DNA of 64,000 nucleotides from an uncultured Planctomycetaceae bacterium (lineage in GTDB: Bacteria; Planctomycetota; Planctomycetia; Planctomycetales; Planctomycetaceae), in the NCBI GenBank assembly GCA_963813715.1, contig CAWFAK010000005.1, positions 480,001-544,000 of the forward strand, written 5' to 3'. The translations under genes were made by a program, and so were the position numbers. Of this stretch, positions 35,674 through 44,254 are shown in pieces. The notes under the pieces are model-generated. The model was not told the DNA's origin. It searched no databases and worked only from the letters and a program-made list of their open reading frames with translations. Numbering within the stretch: position 1 is the first letter of the stretch; each line of letters begins with the position of its first letter.

Positions 35674-35877
35674 TGTCCCGACCGCGCCGGCCGCTCAGAG
35701 AACCTGGGACCACGCGCCCGCGTCCGACCTCCATGCGGCCCGCGCGGTGGGTCCAGTTTCGCATTCCCCCCTTATGTTAAATGTGGTCCCGTCCCGCCGG
35801 GACCGGTTTTTACAGGACCCGCCGGGACCACTTGTCCCACCGGCAACTTTCTTTCCGCGTGTCCCGTCCCGCGTATC

Positions 35878-35967
35878 AGTCCAAAGTCCCAGGTCCAAAG
35901 TCCAAAGTTTCCGAGAGGCGGGTCCGCCGGTCCCCGACCTTGGACCTTGGACTTCGGACCTTGGACT
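35878..35967. repeat. Inverted blocks of tandem heptamers
   Basis: (AGTCCAA)-like units at 35878-35908 face (TTGGACC/T)-like units at 35937-35967. Confidence 0.7.
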
Positions 35968-36049
35968 CACCGGAAAGCGTCCGGACCGGACTTCGACCGT
36001 CCGCAGTCGGCTCACCGACGCTGCCGGGAATCTTTTTCTCCCCTATGTG

Positions 36050-36085
36050 AAAAAGGATCCCCACCACCGCCGGGGATCCTTTTTT
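36050..36085. terminator. Bidirectional intrinsic terminator-like hairpin
   Basis: AAAAAGGATCCCC-accaccgcc-GGGGATCCTTTTTT. Confidence 0.6.
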
Positions 36086-36279
36086 GTCCCGGCGGGGATC
36101 CTTTCACCAGCGGCCGAGACTCTGCAGACCGCAGACGCCGCGCAACCGCGCCGAGAGAAGCGGATCGCAATCCGCGCGCAGGCGATCGCTCGCGTGCAAA
36201 AGCCGCTCACTCTATTGAGCCACAAAAGCCCGATTCGGCCAAGATCAGTTTCGCGAAATTCGGGAGTGGCCAGCCGCGC

Positions 36280-36301
36280 GAGTTTGGCCGCTGGTCGGAC
36301 A
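36280..36301. repeat. Left copy of direct repeat flanking the defence-like cassette
   Basis: GAGTTTGGCCGCTGGTCG (36280-36297) is identical to 40945-40962; both continue into GACA after a 2-nt indel. Confidence 0.8.
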
Positions 36302-36303
36302 CG

Positions 36304-36334
36304 CCCGCGCGTCTGCCAATTCCGCCACAGGGCC
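36304..36334 (-). other. 5' fragment of a tRNA-Leu-like gene (att-like scar)
   Basis: Minus strand reads GGCCCTG-TG-GCGGAATTGGCAGACGC-G-CGGG (acceptor 5' strand, Leu-type D arm, start of anticodon stem), then similarity stops. Confidence 0.75.
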
Positions 36335-36341
36335 ACGGGAG

Positions 36342-37055
36342 TTACAGGGCGACGCCGGAATCTCTGTACTGCTTTCCGTTTGTAAAGGTCTCAAGACTCG
36401 AAAGAACGCCCCGCATAAATAGCACGATCTCGCTCGTCGCTTTGATGAGGTCGGCCGCAGTTACTTGCCTGCCACATTCCGCAAACGACTCGTCCCCGTG
36501 TGCCAAATTGTTTCGCTTGGACTTTACCGTGACTAGGGCTGCGCCTCCCAGTGCCGCGCTGTCTACGGCCATCGGCACACCGTGAGCATGGCATAGCTTT
36601 CGGATCTTTTCCGCGTCGAGGGTTCCTCCGTACGGAAGAAGATCCTTGCGCAGCGCCGCGACCGTCTTCTTCGCGATCTCGTCCACAATGCTGTTGGCAA
36701 TCTTCATGTACACATTTGGAGATCCGTCGAGCGGCTTGACCACTCGGTTCTTCTGTACAATCCATTGATTTCTCAGCGTTGCGGTTAACTCGATGCCGCA
36801 CAGCTGATCGCTTTTTATTGCCTGAAAGACCTCTTCAAAACCCTTCCTGATAAACGCTTCCACTAAGTTGTACAGGACCAGGTACAAAGACCCTTTGAGC
36901 ATCGGCCCCCAGTCCTGTGGTACCGGCTGTATCTGCGTCCCTCCCTCATCGACGTATGCCACTGCGTCGAACTCAACGGCAACGAGGAGGTCGCAGAACA
37001 ACTCGATTTCGCGCACCCGCTCTTCGAAGGCGTCCATCACATCCGCAAACATCAT
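36342..37055 (-). CDS. HEPN-domain protein (MAE_28990/MAE_18760-like), putative RNase
   Basis: LKGSLYLVLYNLVE, GTLDAEKIR and the RxxxxH motif RNNLAH followed by GDESF. ATGA overlap with the DUF262 gene. Confidence 0.85.
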   Translation of the reverse strand: MMFADVMDAFEERVREIELFCDLLVAVEFDAVAYVDEGGTQIQPVPQDWGPMLKGSLYLVLYNLVEAFIRKGFEEVFQAIKSDQLCGIELTATLRNQWIVQKNRVVKPLDGSPNVYMKIANSIVDEIAKKTVAALRKDLLPYGGTLDAEKIRKLCHAHGVPMAVDSAALGGAALVTVKSKRNNLAHGDESFAECGRQVTAADLIKATSEIVLFMRGVLSSLETFTNGKQYRDSGVAL

Positions 37056-38107
37056 GCCTCCCCAGCCAGTAGCTGATCGCGAACGAATTCAATGCGGCCA
37101 GCGAGGCGCGTTGCGGAATTGCTTCCGTGTGTCGTGGTGTGCTCTTTGAATTCTTGGGATTCAGTCCAGAGTGGCACGCCAGTCGGTACTAGATCGGGTT
37201 TTTTGCGTAATGCGAGATTGGTCCCGACTGCGATTGCCTCGAATCGCACGCGAGGAGTGGTCGTTGCATTCGCCGACTTCGCAAATCCAAACGGAAAGTA
37301 CTTTTGGACAAAGCGCATCGTTCTTTCGAACTCTTGCGAGAGCTTAGGTTCGTCGAAAGCGTCCTTATGGTCCTTGACAAAATCATCGAGAAAGTTGTCC
37401 ACGTCATGCGTGAATGACTTGTATCCTTCCGAGTATGCGAAGAATCTGGTCACAAGCTCTAGCGGCTCTCTCCGGAGATTCATTCTCTTGCTGAAGGGAC
37501 AAGTTTGCTTGAAAACCGGATCGTCCGCGCACTTCTCGAGAAAATCGACGAATGGCCCCTTGATGGCACCGCGCCGACGCTCGCTCGCCGTGATGGGGTG
37601 TCCCGACTTGTTGATCCTCTCGAATAAGTCCCGTCGGCTCTCTTCTGTGGTTTCCTGATCGAGAATCACGATTCTGAGTGCACGGCTTGTGAATTTCTCC
37701 CTTTGGCTCTCGGAGAGGCTCCTGAAGCGAAACCCATTAAGAGCAGTAAGCTTCTTCAGTCCGCTGAGCTCAAGGCTGTTCGACACAAAATCATCCAGGG
37801 TTTGGATGCGTTGAACCCCATCGACGATTTCAAATGTTCCTTCGTCGTCCTCGGCCAGGAACATCATAGGAATGGGGAGGCCCATAATTACCGACTCGAC
37901 GAAGTAGCTCTGGTCTTGTTCATTCCAGATGAATTCACGCTGGTATTGCGGGATCGTGAACTTGTTCTTCTGGAAGCGCGCGACAATGGTTTCGACCGGG
38001 AAATCCCGGGTGTCAAAGCGGACTTCTTTCTGGATTTGCCGAATTTGGTGTTCGGCCTTAAGGCGTTCTTCCGGACTTTTTGGCTCGTAATCTGGAAAAA
38101 GGGACAT
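37052..38107 (-). CDS. DUF262 (ParB/GmrS-like) domain protein
   Basis: IPQYQREFIW, FVESVIMGLPIP, IVDGVQR, FERINKSG. Confidence 0.9.
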   Translation of the reverse strand: MSLFPDYEPKSPEERLKAEHQIRQIQKEVRFDTRDFPVETIVARFQKNKFTIPQYQREFIWNEQDQSYFVESVIMGLPIPMMFLAEDDEGTFEIVDGVQRIQTLDDFVSNSLELSGLKKLTALNGFRFRSLSESQREKFTSRALRIVILDQETTEESRRDLFERINKSGHPITASERRRGAIKGPFVDFLEKCADDPVFKQTCPFSKRMNLRREPLELVTRFFAYSEGYKSFTHDVDNFLDDFVKDHKDAFDEPKLSQEFERTMRFVQKYFPFGFAKSANATTTPRVRFEAIAVGTNLALRKKPDLVPTGVPLWTESQEFKEHTTTHGSNSATRLAGRIEFVRDQLLAGEA

Positions 38108-38213
38108 CGGCTCGGCTCCCCTTGGAAATGGGCTCGAGGTTTCGGAGTCATTCTGTCATACTTGCCGCGCGGCCACTGACACAATCTGCGCTTGGACAAT
38201 CGCGGCTTCAACC

Positions 38214-39410
38214 ATGACCGAACGCGCGACGGCCCGAATTTCACTAAGAACCGCCGGGATTTTCGCTGGCATTGGGGGCCTAGAACTCGGTCTCCGCAGG
38301 CAAGGACATTCGACGCGATTGCTGTCAGAAATCGACGCTACAGCTCAAGCCGTGTTGCGCAAACAGTTCAAGGGCGTGCCGATTCTAGGGGACGTCCGAG
38401 CAATCCAGGAACTTCCCGAATGTGATCTAATTGCAGCGGGATTTCCCTGCCAGGATCTGAGCCAATGCGGAAAGACAAACGGTATCAGTGGCCGCCATTC
38501 TTCGCTCGTAAGAGAGGTTTTTCGGCTAGTCGAGACTGCTAATCGGCGGCCGGAATGGATTCTTCTCGAGAACGTTCCGTTCATGCTCAAACTCGACGGC
38601 GGTCGCGCACTGGCCTTTATCACAAATGAGCTTCAACGATTAGGGTATCGTTGGGCGTACCGAACCGTGAATGCGATGGCCTTCGGAGTGCCGCAACGGC
38701 GGCTGCGAGTAGTTCTCCTAGCCGCGCGGGGAGCAGCCAAAGAACGCAATGTTCGCAGACAATGCCGTAGAGCCGGATCACCCGAATGTGGCGGCAGGTT
38801 ATGGCTTCTACTGGACAGAGGGTGCGAGGGGACTCGGATGGGCCGCTGACGCTGTTCCGACACTCAAGGGAGGATCGACGATTGGGATTCCTTCGCCACC
38901 CGCGATTTGGATACCAGCCGAGCGCCGACTGGCGACCATTGACATCAGAGATGCCGAACGGCTCCAGGGGTTCCCGGTGAATTGGACCGCGGGTGGTGCC
39001 GTAGGTGCAAGAGAAGGAGCGCGATGGAGGCTTGTCGGAAATGCAGTCTGTGTGAGAGTCGCATCGTGGCTTGGAAAACAGCTAGCCCATCCTGGCATAA
39101 TGACGTGTGAAGTTGGATCGTCCGTCAAGCGGGGTGATCGATGGCCCAGCGCCGCCATTGGGGACGACGGGGACGTGAGGGAAGTGCTGGCGTCGACTTG
39201 GCCGGTTGCCCGTCGACAACGACCGATTCTTTCGTTTTTGCGATTCCCCCTGCGCCTCTCTCCGCTCGTGCCACGGCTGGATTTTTAAGTAGAGCGAGGA
39301 AAAGCAACCTCCGATTCGAATCCGATTTTATTCCGGATGTCGCCCATCATCTAAAGACGATCTCGGCCGGAAGTAAAAAACGTGTTCGCCGATCGGCGAT
39401 TCGGTGCTAA
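38214..39410 (+). CDS. dcm: DNA (cytosine-5)-methyltransferase (frameshifts ~38730, ~39252)
   Basis: Motifs I FAGIGG, IV GFPCQ, VI ENV, VIII PQRRLR, IX RLQGFP and X VGNAV across three consecutive ORFs. Confidence 0.9.
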
Positions 39411-39413
39411 ACG

Positions 39414-39818
39414 ATGGATACGCTAACGCCGGATAAACGCAGCCGGCTGATGGCCAAAATCCGCGACAAAGACACCAAGCCGGAATGGATCGTCCGTCGC
39501 TTGATCCATTCGATGGGTTTTCGGTTTCGCCTGCACAGAAAGGACTTGCCGGGAGGGCCAGATCTTGTGTTCCCTGCAATGTCGAAGGTCATCTTTGTTC
39601 ACGGGTGCTTCTGGCATCGACATCGATGCCGCTTGACTACGACACCGAAAACCAACGTTGGATTCTGGAACAATAAGTTTTCCGAGAATGTGCTGAGGGA
39701 CAAGAAAAACATTCGGAGACTCAAGGGATCCCACTGGCGGGTGCTGGTGATTTGGGAGTGTCAAACAAGAAATGCCGCACTTCTCAAGAAGCGAGTGCGC
39801 GAATTTCTCGAGAAGTGA
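39414..39818 (+). CDS. vsr: Very-short-patch repair endonuclease
   Basis: MDTLTPDKRSRLM, DTKPE, FVHGCFWHRH, FWNNKF, WRVLVIWEC. Confidence 0.95.
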   Translation: MDTLTPDKRSRLMAKIRDKDTKPEWIVRRLIHSMGFRFRLHRKDLPGGPDLVFPAMSKVIFVHGCFWHRHRCRLTTTPKTNVGFWNNKFSENVLRDKKNIRRLKGSHWRVLVIWECQTRNAALLKKRVREFLEK

Positions 39819-40153
39819 AACCGCCAGAGGCGATTTCGAACATTCGGGCTCGTCCTCTGGGCTTTGACGCTCATCGACCCGCACAGCCTCGACCGCTCCT
39901 CTCTGGAGCACTCGTGGTTTCGGGACTGCAATCTAAACGCCCGTGATTCAAACGTGCCCTACAGTAGTGCCTGCCAGTTGAAACCGGATTTTTAGGGTTT
40001 GGCACGGGAGTTCAGAACAGATCTGGCGAAATCAGAAAAGACGCCGTCGCCAGAACCCCGAGAACAGGCAGCGCGGCTGGAATGACGAACCGGATTCGGT
40101 CCGCCCGCCGGGAGCCGTGCGGGGCTCCATAGGAGTATCGCTGCGGCAATCAT

Positions 40154-40459
40154 CTAGAGAAGGACGGCTACCGTGCAGCCGATCGCATGTCGCGCGAATC
40201 GTGTGCTTATGCCGTCATTTCTAGCGGAGCTCGAATCGCGCCAAGCGGCGAAGGGACCGCTTTGCTGCGGCGAGCTTGGGGCTCGCCCGACTCCGCTTTT
40301 GCAGGATAGATCATGGAGCGTGATCGAAAGGTCGCGGGCCGTGTTGTAAGCCTTGTCTGCGGCCCGCAGCAGTTCGTCCGCGTGCGGAAAGCCCCGCGAG
40401 TTCATCCGCCTTCTCAGGGGGCCGAGATAGTGCACGTAAGGCGACACAAACACCGACAT
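40154..40459 (-). CDS. Small hypothetical protein, possibly 5'-truncated
   Basis: YLGPLRRRMNSRGFPHADELLRAADKAYNTARDLSITLHDLSCKSGVGR reads as protein-like and recalls a small planctomycete family; not verified. Confidence 0.4.
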   Translation of the reverse strand: MSVFVSPYVHYLGPLRRRMNSRGFPHADELLRAADKAYNTARDLSITLHDLSCKSGVGRAPSSPQQSGPFAAWRDSSSARNDGISTRFARHAIGCTVAVLL

Positions 40460-40543
40460 TTTCCCGTGCTCAACGTGGTCAAGATTAACGCTGACGGCAG
40501 CGTTAACTCTGCTGCCGTGCGACTGTGCGACGATGAACCGCGT

Positions 40544-40900
40544 TCACGCTACGCGCAGGCTGGTGATGCCGACAAGGCTTAGGAAAATGGTGCCGTCAAC
40601 GTCGTCCTTGCAATACTGGACTCTTGCCGCACCTGTCCTGCCGTCCGCTAGCTCCACGCGAACGCAAATACTGAGCGGGCCGCCCGCCACTCGCATCGGC
40701 TCGCGAAACTGGTCGTAGGTGCATTCGATGTGGGCCACTCCGTACCAGAAATGCACTTCGTCAGAATAGACGTGCTCGAACAGATGGAATTGGCCGTGAA
40801 ACTTCTCACTTAGCAGTTCCGCTGTCTCGTTGTCTGCCGTGAATTGGAAACGGGCATCAATCTTTGAGTACGGAACGCTTACGGTTTCCATGTTGCCCAT
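40544..40900 (-). CDS. Hypothetical protein
   Basis: TAAGGA immediately upstream; 118 aa with globular composition. Confidence 0.65.
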   Translation of the reverse strand: MGNMETVSVPYSKIDARFQFTADNETAELLSEKFHGQFHLFEHVYSDEVHFWYGVAHIECTYDQFREPMRVAGGPLSICVRVELADGRTGAARVQYCKDDVDGTIFLSLVGITSLRVA

Positions 40901-40944
40901 TCCTTACGGCTCACAATCCCTCGATGACGAAGAAATCGTAGCCT

Positions 40945-40968
40945 GAGTTTGGCCGCTGGTCGCGGACA
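40945..40968. repeat. Right copy of direct repeat flanking the defence-like cassette
   Basis: GAGTTTGGCCGCTGGTCG(CG)GACA. Confidence 0.8.
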
Positions 40969-41155
40969 GGGAGGCGGCCCTCTTTGCGCGGGCCGGCCAC
41001 GATCGACCTGCAGCCCAGGGCACGTCGGTCTCGCGGCACGCGGCGATCAAAGTCGATAATATCGACAAGTGGGCATCAATGATGGCCCGCTCGACATCAA
41101 CCCGCGACAAGTCGCCTCGACAGCGGACCATCTCCCTGCCCGACGGCATGCAATC

Positions 41156-41944
41156 ATGTGGGACGCCAATCAGTACAACAAGTTCGCCGCTGAGCGAGCC
41201 CGCCCGTTTGTGGATCTGCTCGCGCAGGTCCAGCGCGGTCCCGACGACACGCGGCACATTGTCGATCTGGGCTGCGGTCCGGGAACGCTGACGCGGGAAT
41301 TGGCTGAACGCTGGCCCGAAGCGCGCGTCGTCGGCATCGACAATTCGCCCGAGATGCTCGCCAAGGCGCGGCCGCTGGCCATTCCTGGCCGGCTCGATTT
41401 CGTGCAGGTCGATTTGTCCCAGTGGTCGCCGCCCCAGCCCGTCGATTTCATTTTCAGTAACGCGGCTTTGCATTGGATCGACGACCATGCGGCGTTGCTC
41501 GCGCGTCTGGCTGGCTGGCTGGCGCCGGGGGGTACGCTGGCGGTGCAGATGCCCAACCGCTTCGATGGTCCGATTCAACGAGCGATCGACGCGTCGGCGG
41601 CTGACCCGCGCTGGGCGGCACAGCTTCAGGGAGTCGGCCTGCACAAAGCGTCGGTGCAGTCGGTCGAGTGGTATGCCCGGCAACTCGAGGACCTGGGATT
41701 CACCGTCAACGCCTGGGAAACGACCTACGTGCACGTCCTCACGGGCGAGAATCCTGTGCTCGAATGGTTTCGCGGCTCAGGTCTGCGGCCCTTGCTGGCG
41801 CGGCTGAACGACGCAGAGCGGGAGCAGTTTTCCGGGCAACTGGCCGATCGCTTCCGTGCTTTATATCCGCCGCGCAAAGGCACGACGCTCTTCCCGATGC
41901 CGCGGCTGTTCTTTGTGGCGATCCGAGCGACGACAGTGCCTTGA
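41156..41944 (+). CDS. tam: Trans-aconitate 2-methyltransferase
   Basis: MWDANQYNKFAAERARPFVDLL, DLGCGPG, SNAALHW, LAVQMP, WETTY, RLFFVA. Confidence 0.9.
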   Translation: MWDANQYNKFAAERARPFVDLLAQVQRGPDDTRHIVDLGCGPGTLTRELAERWPEARVVGIDNSPEMLAKARPLAIPGRLDFVQVDLSQWSPPQPVDFIFSNAALHWIDDHAALLARLAGWLAPGGTLAVQMPNRFDGPIQRAIDASAADPRWAAQLQGVGLHKASVQSVEWYARQLEDLGFTVNAWETTYVHVLTGENPVLEWFRGSGLRPLLARLNDAEREQFSGQLADRFRALYPPRKGTTLFPMPRLFFVAIRATTVP

Positions 41945-41955
41945 GCAGGGATTGA

Positions 41956-42354
41956 CTAGGGGTGGGAAGGAGGAACGGCTGCACCAAGCGCCGGGTAGAT
42001 GTAAACGTCGTCCACGCCGTAGCCCCCAAATGTTCCACCCTGGATGCGAGTGCCGGTCTTCACGGGGAACCGCGCCTGGATGTTCATTGCCGCCCGGATC
42101 CACTCCGGCTTGACTTGCAACTTGACGCGGAAGGGATCGAGATTGGGATCCTGCATCACCTTCGCGACGTTGAGCACCTCTCTATAGGCGTCCGTGAGAT
42201 TCGTGTCCTTGATATGATCTGAGGCGATGAAAAGATACCAGAATGGGTCGTCCGCCTCTTTGAGCCAAAACGCTACTTTTACCGGGTAACGCTGGTCGAA
42301 TTCCTTAAGGAACTGAGCGCCGGCATCAATCCATTCTCGACTGACGTAGTCCAT
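41956..42354 (-). CDS. Hypothetical protein, putative partner/antitoxin of the adjacent HEPN protein
   Basis: 132 aa with VAFWLKE...WYLFIASD and DDVYIY; downstream of and co-oriented with the HEPN gene. Confidence 0.7.
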   Translation of the reverse strand: MDYVSREWIDAGAQFLKEFDQRYPVKVAFWLKEADDPFWYLFIASDHIKDTNLTDAYREVLNVAKVMQDPNLDPFRVKLQVKPEWIRAAMNIQARFPVKTGTRIQGGTFGGYGVDDVYIYPALGAAVPPSHP

Positions 42355-42449
42355 GCTCTCGCCTTCGTTGGTCGCCGCGAAAGTCCGCTCGCCTCTTTAT
42401 CAAGCGACCGGCCGATTATTTCGGGAACGGAGGTCCCGATCGTATCGAT

Positions 42450-42869
42450 TCACCAATGAATCTTTATCCAAGGAAGAACGCCGTCCGCGTTGTTTGTAAC
42501 GGCTTCATACAACCTCCGGGCTTCGATTTCATTCCATTGGTTGTAGCGTGCCTCTTCATCCCAAGCCTTCACGATCGCCCAATTTTGGAATAGCGTCGGA
42601 TTCAGTCCTGCATCCCGGTCACGGTCGATCTTGAGATCGGCTGCCTCGACCAGCTGGTCAATCTTGTGAGTCCAGCAGCGTTCGGCAAATTTCTTGTCCC
42701 TGAAGATTATTCCTGTCCTTTCCACATACGCCATAACGCAGGCCTTAAGCGCGCATTCAACCGAGTAGCCCGCGAGGTAATAGGCGCCGGACCAGCGTTG
42801 GGCGTCCAAAAGTGCTTTGGCGTCAAGCGTGCGGTCTGCCGTCAATTGTTGCAAATCGGCTCTGTTCAT
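42450..42869 (-). CDS. HEPN-domain protein
   Basis: DAKALL...AYYLAGYSVECALKA, THKI, WDEEARY. Confidence 0.85.
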   Translation of the reverse strand: MNRADLQQLTADRTLDAKALLDAQRWSGAYYLAGYSVECALKACVMAYVERTGIIFRDKKFAERCWTHKIDQLVEAADLKIDRDRDAGLNPTLFQNWAIVKAWDEEARYNQWNEIEARRLYEAVTNNADGVLPWIKIHW

Positions 42870-43188
42870 TGCCCTCGTCTACTGGCAGATGAGCGATTGA
42901 GGCGGCTTCCGCGATTGCTTTTGATTTGCTGCCCGGTCGAGCTTCAGCACTGTGCGGCTTTCAACCAGGCCCGGGAATCGAATTTTAACGCAATGTCACG
43001 TCCGGTGACTCGTTCGCGAGGCGAATTCCCGGCGATTTCGCCCCCGCCTCCAGTGGATATGTCCCTCCGTTTCGCGTTTAGTCCTGTAGGTGCTTGGCGA
43101 TCGCGTGGGCAGACCGTGACATCCGCTCGCACTCGTTTAGGAGATTTACACAGCACCGACCAACCGCGGGCCGCGGAAGGGTGAACCG

Positions 43189-44134
43189 ATGACCCCTCGA
43201 ATTCTCGCATCTCTGGCTGCCGGCAGCCGCACTCGCGTCGCTGGCCGGAGCCGCCCTGGCCTGTCCGCCGGGAAATCAAAAGAAGGACAGCAGCGCGTCG
43301 CAGCTCGACGTCGCGCCCGACAGCATTCGGTCCAACAGCGTCCGCACAGATAGCCCGCGATCAAGCGGCAGCTCCGACCGGCTGAAGTCCGCGCAGAACA
43401 AGTTCCGCACGATGGTGCTCGAGCAGTTCGACGCCAATCACAACGGCCGCTTGGATTCCAAAGAGCGACAGGCGGCCAACCGCGCCCTCTCGGGCAAAGG
43501 AGGCAGCGCGGCCATCGATGCCCTGCAAAAGGAAGCGCTAGCCCAGTTCGACACGAACCACAACGGCAAGCTGGATAAGACCGAGATTCATAAGGCCCTG
43601 AATTCGGTGAACGCGCCGAAGACCGCTCCGGTCGTAGCGAAAAACTCGTCACCGCCGACGCGCACGGCCACCGCGCAGTTGCAGCAGCAGCTCCTGTATA
43701 ACGGCGTCAACACGACGTCGAGCCAGATCCAGACACTGGAGAATCTGCTGGCCAACAACAGCGGGACCCTGTCGTCCTCCGAGGTCGCACTAATTCAGGC
43801 CTTGCTCTCGCAGCTGCTCACCCAGAACTCGACCGCAAGCTCCGGAACCGGTTTCTTGCCGGCGGCAGTCACCACGACGACTCCCACCACAACCACAACC
43901 GGGAGCAGTTCGACAACGGGCAGCGGCATGTGCAGCGGGAGTTCGTCATCCTCGAGTACCGGATCGTCGAGCTCGGGGACGTCGAGCGGTTCGACCACTA
44001 GCGCCACTCGCTCCGCCAACAATCAAAACTCGAGCGGTGACTTCCTGAGCAGCGCCGGCGGACCCGGAGCGGGCGGGGGCGGCGGATTTGGCGGCCCCGG
44101 CGGCGGTTTTCGCGGAGGCTTCCGAGGCCGCTAA
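43189..44134 (+). CDS. Secreted EF-hand protein with S/T-rich and Gly-rich tail (frameshift ~43222)
   Basis: Loops DANHNGRLDSKE and DTNHNGKLDKTE. Signal peptide MTPRILASLAAAAALASLAGAALA after correcting one indel. Confidence 0.8.
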
Positions 44135-44254
44135 GCCGCACGACTGTCGGTCACAGTCGACTCACAAACATTCAACCCGACGGGTGGCTGGGGCGGAACG
44201 GCGAAGAGTCCGACCCCAGCCGCTTGTTTGCGCTCGATGCCGATCTCGCTCGAC

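Noticed and set aside
36050..36334. Intron-containing tRNA-Leu
   Set aside because: Similarity ends before the anticodon loop, and I found no T-arm/3' exon or group I core downstream.
35219..36385. ORFs 35219-35764 (-) and 35489-36385 (+) as proteins
   Set aside because: The translations simply reflect REP, heptamer and GTCCC repeats; no domain signal.
38214..39410. Phase variation or programmed frameshifting of the MTase
   Set aside because: The G4 and C5 runs near the shifts are short, and the indel rate is similar across the whole window.
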